From contig CAYYTC010000001.1 of assembly GCA_964474425.1 (NCBI GenBank), positions 26,481-90,480 of the forward strand: a DNA stretch of 64,000 nt. Reading direction: 5' to 3'. The position numbers and the translations under genes are program-made. Position 1 is the stretch's first letter. The number at the start of each line of letters is the position of its first letter. Below, one piece after another: positions 1-8,673 of the stretch. Under the pieces are notes generated by a model. It was not told the DNA's origin. It saw only the letters and a program-made list of their open reading frames with translations, and did not search any database. The stretch comes from an uncultured Acidobacteriota bacterium. GTDB lineage: Bacteria > Acidobacteriota > UBA6911.

Positions 1-703
1 GCAGGTCCATGGACAGGCCGTCGCTCAGGTCCATCATGCAGCGGACCAGGCCGGACTGAGCCAGCCATAGCCCGGCCTCGCAGCGCGCCTCCGGCCTTTG
101 ATGCGCTCGAACGGCCGCTTTTTGCGGCCCCGTGCGCACCCGTCCGAGGCCTTTCTCCAGCAGCTTAAAGCCTGCAGCCGACTGACCGAGGGTTCCGGTC
201 ACATACAGAAGGTCCCCCGCCTGCCCTCCTGAGCGATAGAGAATCCTCCGCCGCAGGGATTCTCCCAGGGCGGCAATGGAAATTGCTATGCCGCTTTCAG
301 AGCGCGAAAAATCTCCCCCGATCAGCGTTGCCCCCATGGAACCGCCCAGTTCCGTCAAACCGTCATAGAAATCCAGGATCCATTTCCGCGATATTTCCCC
401 GGGAAGCGCCAGCGAAACGGTATAGAAACGCGGCCTTGCGCCCATGGCGGCCAGATCGCTGAGGTTCACGGCGATCGATTTGCGACCCAGGTCTCCCGGA
501 GTCGTCCACCCGCGGCGGAAGTCGATATCTTCCAGCAGCATATCCGTGGTGATCAGCCAGTACTCCTCCGCATGCCTGGGACAAATTACGGCGGCGTCGT
601 CTCCGATCCCTTTCTTTACCAAAGGGTTTTTAGTCCGGTAGCGATCCTGCAGGAGGCGGATGAGCTCGTTTTCACTGTCGAGTTGCACTGGATTCCTTGA
701 CAT
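1..703 (-). CDS. thiL: thiamine-monophosphate kinase ThiL (C-terminus runs off the window edge)
   Basis: Manual minus-strand translation from the ATG at 703-701 gives MSRNPVQLDSENELIRLLQDRYRTKNPLVKKGIGDDAAVICP...LLEDIDFRRGWTTPGDLGRKSIAVNLSDLAAMGARP. The GDDAAV, DxxxEDxxF and NLSDLAAMGA motifs are typical of ThiL/AIR-synthase-related proteins. It is absent from the ORF track because it has no in-window stop. Confidence 0.7.
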   Translation of the reverse strand, partial: MSRNPVQLDSENELIRLLQDRYRTKNPLVKKGIGDDAAVICPRHAEEYWLITTDMLLEDIDFRRGWTTPGDLGRKSIAVNLSDLAAMGARPRFYTVSLALPGEISRKWILDFYDGLTELGGSMGATLIGGDFSRSESGIAISIAALGESLRRRILYRSGGQAGDLLYVTGTLGQSAAGFKLLEKGLGRVRTGPQKAAVRAHQRPEARCEAGLWLAQSGLVRCMMDLSDGLSMDL

Positions 704-853
704 TGGGACAATATAAATAAAGGGTCAGATTGCGGGCCGCGATGCCGGGGGACAAAAAAGCAGACACGAAATAGACGAAATCATTTGCTGCGCATTTCGT
801 GCATTTCGTGTTTGCTTTTTAAATCCGGCTGCCGCGCCGGGGCACACCCGCTG

Positions 854-1312
854 CTACTGTTTTTTTTCGAAAAGCTCATTGATCTCGGTCATGAATTCAC
901 TCACATCCTCGAATTCGAGATAAACAGAAGCGAAACGGAGATAAGCGACCTTGTCGATGCGTCTGAGTTCGGACAGAAGGATTTTCCCTATGTTCACCGA
1001 TTCCAGCTCGCGCTCAGGGCTTTCCTGAACGGTTTGTTCCACCTTGTCGACGATCTTCTCAAGCTGGGTGAGGCTGACCGGCCTCTTTTCGCATGCTTTG
1101 AGAAGCCCGTTGAGGATTTTATTGCGGTCGAACCTTTCCCTGCCGCCGTCCTTTTTCACCACCATATAGGGTATTTCATCGCTGCGCTCATAGCTGGTGA
1201 AACGACGCCCGCAGTTCAGGCACTGGCGCCTGCGCCGGATCGAATCTCCGTCGCGGCTCTCGCGCGAATCCACCACCCGGTCTTTTAAAAATCCACAAAA
1301 AGGGCATTTCAT
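854..1312 (-). CDS. nrdR: transcriptional repressor NrdR (Zn-ribbon plus ATP-cone)
   Basis: 152 aa, MKCPFCG...CLNCGRRFTSYER zinc ribbon followed by an ATP-cone. It matches the canonical NrdR length and motif. Confidence 0.9.
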   Translation of the reverse strand: MKCPFCGFLKDRVVDSRESRDGDSIRRRRQCLNCGRRFTSYERSDEIPYMVVKKDGGRERFDRNKILNGLLKACEKRPVSLTQLEKIVDKVEQTVQESPERELESVNIGKILLSELRRIDKVAYLRFASVYLEFEDVSEFMTEINELFEKKQ

Positions 1313-1724
1313 GGTGCGGGCCCTGGATTGAAGGTTCGGAAGCCGCCCTCTTTACTTCACGCCTGTTGCGGCACAAATTCTAGAATACAAAGATCTTGGA
1401 AGAATTCATAGGAAATTGTTTCAAAGGTCAAGAATAAACAAAGGCCCGGAGGTGCGGCGGCTGGAGACCGGGAGCCTGAATCCGTAACTCATCAAACTTC
1501 GAAGGTCCGGCAATCCGGTTGCTCAGGAATTATATGCACAAAGATTGCCGGCCATTCTGGCCATGTTCCTGCACTGCGGGCAAAATATGCCGGCAGGCCG
1601 GAAAATCCGTGCAGGCATAAATGCTGATTTTGTGCTATTTATTCATTAAACGATCCGGCTATGCAACACCGGGTACCCGGGACAAAGGCTTTTTGGGAAC
1701 TTTGATACATTCGATTTCGTTTCC

Positions 1725-2342
1725 ATGATTGAGAACAAGATAGTGGCCAAGGAGTTGCGAGTGCTCTCAGGCGATCACAAACTTGTAGAGCGCTGTATCC
1801 AAGGAGACGATGACGCCTGGGAAAGCCTGGTCAACTACTACGGGAAGCGTATCTATAACCTGAGCTACCGCTATACGAGCCGCAGAGATGAGGCCGAGGA
1901 TTTGACTCAGGAGGTGCTGATTCGAGTCTATCAAAACCTCCAGAGCTATCGTTCGGAGGCGGGAAGTTTTCAGAACTGGATTTTGAGAGTGGCGAGAAAC
2001 CTGGTCATCGATCACTACAGGCAAGGCCGCAGATATCCGCAGACGGCAGGGAGCGAAGAATTGGAAACCATGAATCTGAAGGATGAACGGACTCCAAATC
2101 CCCATCGCGCCGCAGAACAGTTGGAGGCGGCGAGTTTCCTTCAGGAAGGATTGCAGGCCCTCTCTCCCGAACTCAAAGAAGCCATTATACTTAGAGACCT
2201 GGAGGGGATGGCTTACCAGGAGATTGCCGACATGCTCGGTGTACCCGAAGGTACGGTTAAAAGCCGCATCAACCGCGGGCGTATCGAGTTGGCCAGGCTT
2301 TTGATGAAACGGCGCGCCCAACAGCAGGGCAGCCCCGTCTAG
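1725..2342 (+). CDS. ECF (sigma-24-type) RNA polymerase sigma factor
   Basis: 205 aa. Region 2 (DLTQEVLIRVYQNL) and region 4 (LSPELKEAIILRDLEGMAYQEIADMLGVPEGTVKSRINRGR) motifs of ECF sigma factors. Confidence 0.85.
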   Translation: MIENKIVAKELRVLSGDHKLVERCIQGDDDAWESLVNYYGKRIYNLSYRYTSRRDEAEDLTQEVLIRVYQNLQSYRSEAGSFQNWILRVARNLVIDHYRQGRRYPQTAGSEELETMNLKDERTPNPHRAAEQLEAASFLQEGLQALSPELKEAIILRDLEGMAYQEIADMLGVPEGTVKSRINRGRIELARLLMKRRAQQQGSPV

Positions 2343-2350
2343 GAGTCGTC

Positions 2351-2983
2351 ATGGATTGCCCAAGGGTTCAGGAACGGTTGAGCGAGTACATGGAATCCGG
2401 CCTCGCGGCTGAGCAAATGGATCAGGTTGGCGAGCATCTCAAAACCTGCCCTCAGTGCTCGGACCTGCTGGATGAAATGCGGGCCGTTGTCAAGCTGTGC
2501 CACAGCTTTCCATCCCTTGAAATAAACCTTGATGTTGTGGACAGAATCCTGCTTCGTACATCCGGACGTCCAAGGCGCCGATCCTTCCGTGAACAGCTGA
2601 AGCGCTATCTGGCGGGCCCGTTGCTCACCCCGCGGTTTGCGGTCGGCGCCGGTCTGGCGACCCTCTTCGTGGTTCTCCTGGCAAATTTCGCGGTTCCCCG
2701 CATTCCGGTGGCCTTATCGGGCATTTCCCCTGGGGAGGTGTTTCAGGTGATGGATCGGGGCGTACAGCGGCTATACGGCCAGGGGCTCAAGGCCTACGAC
2801 AAGACCAACGAATGGCAAGCCCAGTTCAACTATTTCAAAAACAATACGGTCAACAAACTGCGCTTCCTGATCGAGCGGATGGATGTGCCCATGGAGGGAA
2901 GAAAGAAATCGGAGGAGCCCGGACAGAGGAAAGAGCGGGCTCCGGCAGAAAAGAGGAGCGGTCTGCCGCTGTTGCCGGCATGA
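2351..2983 (+). CDS. anti-sigma factor, zf-HC2 type, single-pass membrane protein
   Basis: It begins 9 nt after the ECF sigma stop. It carries a putative zinc finger H-x3-C-x2-C (HLKTCPQC) and one TM helix (AVGAGLATLFVVLLANFAV). Confidence 0.6.
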   Translation: MDCPRVQERLSEYMESGLAAEQMDQVGEHLKTCPQCSDLLDEMRAVVKLCHSFPSLEINLDVVDRILLRTSGRPRRRSFREQLKRYLAGPLLTPRFAVGAGLATLFVVLLANFAVPRIPVALSGISPGEVFQVMDRGVQRLYGQGLKAYDKTNEWQAQFNYFKNNTVNKLRFLIERMDVPMEGRKKSEEPGQRKERAPAEKRSGLPLLPA

Positions 2984-3098
2984 CCGACACCCTATTGCCC
3001 GCGACTTCGAGCATTCCAGCAAGTCGCCCGCATTTTTCGAAGCGAAGATGCCCGGAGGAAAGACAGCGAGAAACAGAATCTCGGAGAGGAGATTGGAT

Positions 3099-3755
3099 AT
3101 GAAATGCTCATTTCACCCTGCAGCGGATTCCCAGGATTTTTGCAGCCTCTGCAACAAAGCCCTGTGCACTGAATGTGCGCACAGAGTGAAGAACAAGGTC
3201 TACTGCCAGAACTGCCTGACGGAAGGAGCCGAGTGGGCGGCTTCCATGAAGAATCTCCGGCTGCCGGCCGATGCTCCCAAAAGGGCCGCGCTCTGCGCCC
3301 TGATTCCCGGAATGGGCGCTGTCTACAACAGCGAATATATGAAAGGCCTCACCTATTTTGCCGTCTGGATCGGTCTGGTGATGATGGGCGACAAGGTGAA
3401 CGGAGTATTCGGTTTCGGCGCTTTTGCCTTCATTGTTTTTACCATGTTTGACGCCTATCGAACGGCCGAAACCAACGCCCGCAAACGACTGGAAGCCGGT
3501 TTCGCCTCCGCGAAGCTGCCGGGCCAGGACAAAACCAGCATCGGCTGGGGTGTCTTTCTGATAATTCTCGGCATCCTGTTCCTTCTGCAGAACCTCATTC
3601 CCTTTTACTTCCTGAACCGGTTGTGGCCCCTGATCTTCATCGCAATGGGCGCTTATCTGGTTTACCGGGCCATGAAGGAGCGGGAGAAGCGGAGCCGCGA
3701 TTCCGCCGGTCCGCTCACAATCCCCAAGGATTTCGGGCCGAAGGAGGATATCTGA
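3099..3755 (+). CDS. zinc-ribbon/B-box protein fused to a LiaF-like transmembrane module
   Basis: The internal ATG at 3099 has a GGAGAGGA ribosome-binding site 9 nt upstream; the track ORF 2883.. overlaps the anti-sigma gene in another frame. N-terminus: CSFHPAADSQDFCSLCNKALCTECAHRVKNKVYCQNC, two CxxC pairs. C-terminus: TM segments with the motif LIILGILFLLQNL...RLWPLIFIAMGAYLVYRA, shared with the next two genes. Confidence 0.55.
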   Translation: MKCSFHPAADSQDFCSLCNKALCTECAHRVKNKVYCQNCLTEGAEWAASMKNLRLPADAPKRAALCALIPGMGAVYNSEYMKGLTYFAVWIGLVMMGDKVNGVFGFGAFAFIVFTMFDAYRTAETNARKRLEAGFASAKLPGQDKTSIGWGVFLIILGILFLLQNLIPFYFLNRLWPLIFIAMGAYLVYRAMKEREKRSRDSAGPLTIPKDFGPKEDI

Positions 3756-3756
3756 A

Positions 3757-3972
3757 ATGTCCATTCGCACTCATAGCGGCGCACTCACTGCGGGCCTAAT
3801 ATTGATCGCCCTCGGAATAATTTTCCTGGCTGAAAATTTTTATGCGCCCTTCTCGGCGCTGCGGCTGATTTCCAAATACTGGCCGGTCATTTTCATCCTG
3901 ATCGGGGTGAAGAAGCTTGTGGAATATTTCACGTGGCCGGAAATCCCTCCCGCGCCTGATGAAGCGCCATAG
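3757..3972 (+). CDS. 71-aa membrane protein, minimal LiaF-TM-like module
   Basis: It starts 1 nt after the previous stop. LILIALGIIFLAENF...KYWPVIFILIGVKKLVEYF repeats the motif of its neighbours. Confidence 0.5.
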   Translation: MSIRTHSGALTAGLILIALGIIFLAENFYAPFSALRLISKYWPVIFILIGVKKLVEYFTWPEIPPAPDEAP

Positions 3973-3981
3973 GAGCGAACC

Positions 3982-5775
3982 ATGTCAAAGAGGCATCGTC
4001 CATCGCTGCTGGGAGCCCTGCTCTGGATCAGCTTCGGGGTTCTGTTCCTGCTGATGAATCTGGGAATCGGGCTCAACTTCTGGTCGGTTGCCAGCCGCTA
4101 CTGGCCGGTCCTGCTGATCCTGCTGGGCCTGGGAAAAGTGATCGATTACTACCTCAATAAGGACGCATTCTCGATCCGGATCGGGGAGATTTTGGGAATT
4201 CTCCTGCTGCTCCTTATCGGGTCGGCCATGACAAGAATGTCGGAAAGTCATTTCGTCCGCTTCGTCCGGGAGTTGCCCATAGAAATCGGCGGTACCTCCG
4301 TCCGGCCTGGCCAGTGGATAGGGGATTCCCACGCTTACACCGAGGAAGCCACATATCCGCTGGAACCTGCAAGGCCTATCCGCATCGAAAATTCCTACGG
4401 CCTGGTTGCCATAACCCCGGGAAACGACCGGGAGGTTCGCGTTCGTTTAAAAAAGGTCATTTATGCGGACGAGTCGCGCGCGAAAGACATTGCTTCGGAG
4501 ATCCGCCTGGAAACCGGAACGGAGGGTCAGGGCGGGCTTTCCGCAGACGCGAAGCCTGAAGCGAAGCCTGAAGCGGAGCCGGCTGCGAAACCGGATGCCG
4601 GCGTGTTCGTGTTGAGGACAAACCGTGAATCCCTAAGCTCGAAGCAATATGTTTTCAACACCGACATGGAAGTGCTGATCCCAAAAAACTCCGTGGTGGA
4701 AGTCAGAAATTCCTTCGGCGAGGTGCGGGCGGCAAATATCGACGGATCCATGAATCTCAGCACCACGCATCGCTCCCTTGAGATCCGCGACTGCATCGGC
4801 CAGTTCACCGTGTCCAACCGGTATGGGGAATCGCGTCTCACGAACCTGAAGGGGAACGTAGTCCTCGACAGCCGCGGCAGGGCTCAGCTCGAAGATATCA
4901 AGGGCGACGTAACCGTGACCAACGAATATTCGCCCCTGCAACTGCTCAACATCGAGGGAAAAGTTTCGATATCGATCACTGAAAACAATGTCCGGCTCGA
5001 AAAGGCGGCCGGACCCGTCACCATCGATGCCCGGGGCGCGGACGTCTATGTCGATGATTTGAAGGACAGCCTGAAAATCAATGCCAGCCACAGGAACGTC
5101 GAGATCTCCAATGTCGCCTCCAATGTCACCGCCGAGACGAGTTACGTCGCGCTCGTTTTGAAAAGCATACGGGGGAATGTCGAGATCCGCTCCAATTCCG
5201 ACAGCATCAGCGCCGCCGATATCGGCGGCTCCCTCAAACTGAAAGCCCGCGCCAGCGCCGTAAACGTCCATGAAATCCACGGGCCGCTCGACATCCAGAC
5301 CACGCTCAAAGACGTCGTCGTGACCGACGCATCCGATAACTGCGATATTACGAATGAATACGCCGATGTCAGCCTGACGGCGCGGAGCCTCGGCAAGAGC
5401 GGCATTCGTGTCGTAAACCGCAACGGCGCCATTGACCTGTCTCTTCCCGAAGGAGCTTCCTTCGTCATGGATGCCGTCTCCCGGAATGGGGACATCGAAT
5501 CCGGCTATTCGGGATTGGCTCCCGCCAGGAAGGAAGGAAATTCCTCGGTGCTCAAATCTACCGTGAAGTCGGGAGGGCCGAGGATCCTGCTGGAGACCGA
5601 ACACGACACCATCCAGATTACGCCTGCCACCGGTGATGAGGAGGATCGTGACGATCCGGAGGAGGAAACCAAAACCGTGCTGGAGTTGAGGCTGGGACAC
5701 GGTGAGAACTGGCCCGCAATTTTCGGGGCAATCCGCCGCACTGCGGACCGAATCCAGAAAGGAGTCGCGCGATGA
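3982..5775 (+). CDS. LiaF-like membrane protein with a C-terminal DUF4097 beta-repeat ('putative adhesin') domain
   Basis: 597 aa. The N-terminal TM motif (LLWISFGVLFLLMNLGIGLNF...RYWPVLLILLGLGKVIDYY) is followed by a long run of short beta-strand repeats (VEVRNSFGEV..., NVVLDSRG..., DVTVTNEYS...) typical of DUF4097/LiaF C-terminal domains. Confidence 0.65.
   Translation: MSKRHRPSLLGALLWISFGVLFLLMNLGIGLNFWSVASRYWPVLLILLGLGKVIDYYLNKDAFSIRIGEILGILLLLLIGSAMTRMSESHFVRFVRELPIEIGGTSVRPGQWIGDSHAYTEEATYPLEPARPIRIENSYGLVAITPGNDREVRVRLKKVIYADESRAKDIASEIRLETGTEGQGGLSADAKPEAKPEAEPAAKPDAGVFVLRTNRESLSSKQYVFNTDMEVLIPKNSVVEVRNSFGEVRAANIDGSMNLSTTHRSLEIRDCIGQFTVSNRYGESRLTNLKGNVVLDSRGRAQLEDIKGDVTVTNEYSPLQLLNIEGKVSISITENNVRLEKAAGPVTIDARGADVYVDDLKDSLKINASHRNVEISNVASNVTAETSYVALVLKSIRGNVEIRSNSDSISAADIGGSLKLKARASAVNVHEIHGPLDIQTTLKDVVVTDASDNCDITNEYADVSLTARSLGKSGIRVVNRNGAIDLSLPEGASFVMDAVSRNGDIESGYSGLAPARKEGNSSVLKSTVKSGGPRILLETEHDTIQITPATGDEEDRDDPEEETKTVLELRLGHGENWPAIFGAIRRTADRIQKGVAR
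4548..4600 (+). repeat. short tandem codon repeat encoding a KPEAKPEAEPAAKPDA low-complexity linker
   Basis: gcgaagcctgaa is repeated in tandem inside the 3982..5775 CDS, sitting as a linker between the TM and beta-repeat parts. Confidence 0.4.
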
Positions 5776-6635
5776 AAAGAGCAACCTGGATGATATGCAG
5801 CCTGCTGGTGCTTTCCGGATGCGGCTTTGACGAGCGTGTACCCATTGAAATGACATCGCTGAACCAGGCTCAACCTCTCGATAAGGAAAAAAGCCTGAAT
5901 TCAACGATCCGCTTTGGAATCGGTTCCCTGGAAATCACAGCCGGGGATAAAGAGTCCGAGCTGTATTCCTTCGACCTGGAATACGACAAGGCGAGCTATG
6001 CCCCGGATTTCCGCTTTGATACCGCCCTCGCGGGGGAGGAGGGCCGGTTTTCCTTTGACCTCCCAAGCACGCGACGATCAGGCGTGCGGAGGCAGAGTCA
6101 GAGCAACAGGCTTCGTCTGGAATTCAATGAATCCGTCCCCCTGGATCTGACCGTAAACGCCGGAGTGGGAGACGCCCGCCTTTCTCTGTCGGGGATGAAG
6201 CTGACCCGCCTCAATTTCGAGGCCGGCGTGGGAGGCGCAAAACTATCTGTTTACAAACCGAATCCGGTTCCCTGTGAACATATCAGCGTAAAGAACGGCG
6301 TCGGCAGCATTGAGGCGGTCGGCCTGGGAAATCTCAATTTTCGAGAGTTTGAATACGAGGGGGGCGTCGGCGGCGCGGATCTGGATTTCACGGGCGAATG
6401 GAGCCGCGATGCCGACATCCGCATCCAGGTCGGGGTGGGCGGAGTCAATATCAAGATGCCGCGGGGAATCGGAGTCAAGGTTGAAGCCGAAAAAAATTTC
6501 CTGAGCGGCGTGCACCTCGACGGCTTCAATCAGCGGAATTCCTCTTACTACAGCGCAAATTACGACACCGCGGCGATCAAGGTTTCCATTCGCGTCCAAA
6601 CCGGCATCGGCGGCCTGAAGATCAGCTGGCTCTAG
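5772..6635 (+). CDS. lipoprotein with a toast-rack/DUF4097-like beta-repeat domain
   Basis: ATGA overlap with the upstream gene. Signal peptide plus lipobox MKRATWMICSLLVLSGC. Repeated GVGxAxL/GVGGxxI beta-strand units. Confidence 0.6.
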   Translation: MKRATWMICSLLVLSGCGFDERVPIEMTSLNQAQPLDKEKSLNSTIRFGIGSLEITAGDKESELYSFDLEYDKASYAPDFRFDTALAGEEGRFSFDLPSTRRSGVRRQSQSNRLRLEFNESVPLDLTVNAGVGDARLSLSGMKLTRLNFEAGVGGAKLSVYKPNPVPCEHISVKNGVGSIEAVGLGNLNFREFEYEGGVGGADLDFTGEWSRDADIRIQVGVGGVNIKMPRGIGVKVEAEKNFLSGVHLDGFNQRNSSYYSANYDTAAIKVSIRVQTGIGGLKISWL

Positions 6636-6892
6636 CATCAGTCCCAAACTCTTGCCTTCAGACAGGCAACGATCCCGCATTTTTTAGTGAGGACGCCTCT
6701 CCGTTTTTTTTGTGAGGGCGGCTCTCCAGAGCCGTCCGAAGGGCGACTGACTGGTTATGGGCTTAGCCGGACCGGTCTGGAGACCGGTCCTCACCATTTA
6801 TTATTACTGGACGGGTCCCGGCGAACGGCCCTCGCCAAAACCTGGTGAAGGGTCGTAGCTGCCTGTTATTTTTGTGGGATAATACTATGTAA

Positions 6893-7840
6893 ATGAAAAT
6901 CTACGGTTGGGCCGGCCTGCTGCTCCTGATTGTCTCCGAATACTGCCTCATCCGCAAAATTGAACCTGTCTCCACATGGTTCTACTGTTTCGCCTGGTGG
7001 TCCTATATCCTGCTGGCTGATAACCTGCTTCTGAAGCTGCGTGGCCGATCGCTTCTTACCAACAGACGGCGCGAACTATGGTATATGCTGCCGCTCTCCG
7101 TTTTCATCTGGCTGCTTTTTGAAGCCTATAATTTCCGCATTCAGAACTGGTCCTACAATGTCGTCCCCATGCACCTTTGGCTGCGCTGGTTTGCCTATGC
7201 GCTGTCGTTCGCAACCGTGCTCCCTGCCCTCTTCATCACTTCGGATCTCGTGGAGCCGCTCTTCGGTACCTCGTCTCAATCCATGGCCTCGGAGTGCCGT
7301 CCGGCCCTTCCCGGCAACACGACGCGTTCGTCCGCCGTGTTTATTGCGCTCGGCCTGATAATGACGACCGCCCCCCTCGTGTGGCCGCGTTATTTTTTCG
7401 CTTCTGTCTGGCTGGGGCCCATTTTGCTTTTCGATCCTCTGCTGGAGAGGTCGGGGATGCAAAGCCTCTCGCAAAGCATAGTTTCCGGAGACCGCCGGCG
7501 CGTGTGGAGTCTGATGCTGGGAGGGCTTATTTGCGGCCTGATCTGGGAATTGTTTAATTTCTGGGCGGGCTCCAAGTGGATCTACACGGTACCGTTTTTC
7601 GGCAAATGGAAAGTGTTTGAGATGCCGGTCCTGGGATTTTTAGGATTTCCTCCTTTCGCCCTGGAATGCTGGATGCTGTATCATTGGATGCGGATCCTCC
7701 CGAGGCGCATGAACTCGCCGGCGGCACGCACGGCGTGGTGGATTTGCCTTGGGATTTTGTCCCTGGCGATATTTCGCGGGATAGACATCCACACCGTGGG
7801 CCGTCTCCCGGGGATTGCAGCGCCGGGTCTCTTCAAATAA
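6893..7840 (+). CDS. polytopic integral membrane protein of unknown function
   Basis: 315 aa with multiple hydrophobic, Trp-rich segments. No recognisable family. Confidence 0.5.
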   Translation: MKIYGWAGLLLLIVSEYCLIRKIEPVSTWFYCFAWWSYILLADNLLLKLRGRSLLTNRRRELWYMLPLSVFIWLLFEAYNFRIQNWSYNVVPMHLWLRWFAYALSFATVLPALFITSDLVEPLFGTSSQSMASECRPALPGNTTRSSAVFIALGLIMTTAPLVWPRYFFASVWLGPILLFDPLLERSGMQSLSQSIVSGDRRRVWSLMLGGLICGLIWELFNFWAGSKWIYTVPFFGKWKVFEMPVLGFLGFPPFALECWMLYHWMRILPRRMNSPAARTAWWICLGILSLAIFRGIDIHTVGRLPGIAAPGLFK

Positions 7841-7854
7841 AGGAGCGGTTGCCG

Positions 7855-8673
7855 ATGCGGTTCTTCATGATTTTGATGGGCTCCCTGTTGCTTCCGATGG
7901 TGCGGTCCCAGGAACCTGCCAAAACGCAGGTCCCCGAAGCACCCTATGTCGAACGCGAAGAAAAGCAATTCAATTTTTTCCCTGGCGGCAAGCTCGAGAT
8001 CACATCCGGGGTGCCGGGCAACATCACGATTGTGGGCTGGCAGAAGGGATCCATCCGCATGGAGGCGGAAAAAATCGTTTATTACCATTCCGCGGAGCGG
8101 GCCGTGCTCCTGCTCAAGGCTCATCCCATCAGGGTGCGCTGGAATCAGACCGGTTCCACGATCCGCATCGCGGAGCCGACGCAGCCGGACGCGACCATGG
8201 AATACAACCTTACCCTGTATGTCCCGAAGGAGAAGACGGACATCCGCAGCAGGATGAAGCGGGGTGATTTTTCCATCGAATCGGTGAACGGCTGGATTGA
8301 AATTTCGACCAGCGAAGGCAGTCTGGAAGCCAAATCGATGGAGGGATACTTTTCCGGCGAGACTTTAAGGGGAGATATTTCCGTCGAGATGTCCGGCAAG
8401 AACTGGCGAGGACTGGAATTTGCCGGACTGACCCAGCTCGGTTCGGTGGACGTGAAACTCCCTCCCGACTACTCCGCAGCCCTTCAGCTGGAGACGCGCG
8501 ACGGTACCATCACCATCGACTACCCTCCCCAAGTCGTCGAGGGCGAGCCCGAACCGCCGCAAATCGTCGTCCGGAAGAACTCGCAATCCTTGAAGGGCGC
8601 TGTAGGCAACGGCGGCGCGCCCATAAAGCTGGTTACCTATGCGGGAGATATCAGGCTGTCCCGGAATGAATAG
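7855..8673 (+). CDS. secreted DUF4097 beta-repeat protein
   Basis: The internal ATG at 7855 has an AAAGGAG ribosome-binding site; the track ORF 7666.. overlaps the previous gene. Signal peptide MRFFMILMGSLLLPMVRSQEP. DUF4097-like repeats (IESVNGWIEISTSEGSLEA..., ISVEMSGKN...). Confidence 0.6.
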   Translation: MRFFMILMGSLLLPMVRSQEPAKTQVPEAPYVEREEKQFNFFPGGKLEITSGVPGNITIVGWQKGSIRMEAEKIVYYHSAERAVLLLKAHPIRVRWNQTGSTIRIAEPTQPDATMEYNLTLYVPKEKTDIRSRMKRGDFSIESVNGWIEISTSEGSLEAKSMEGYFSGETLRGDISVEMSGKNWRGLEFAGLTQLGSVDVKLPPDYSAALQLETRDGTITIDYPPQVVEGEPEPPQIVVRKNSQSLKGAVGNGGAPIKLVTYAGDIRLSRNE

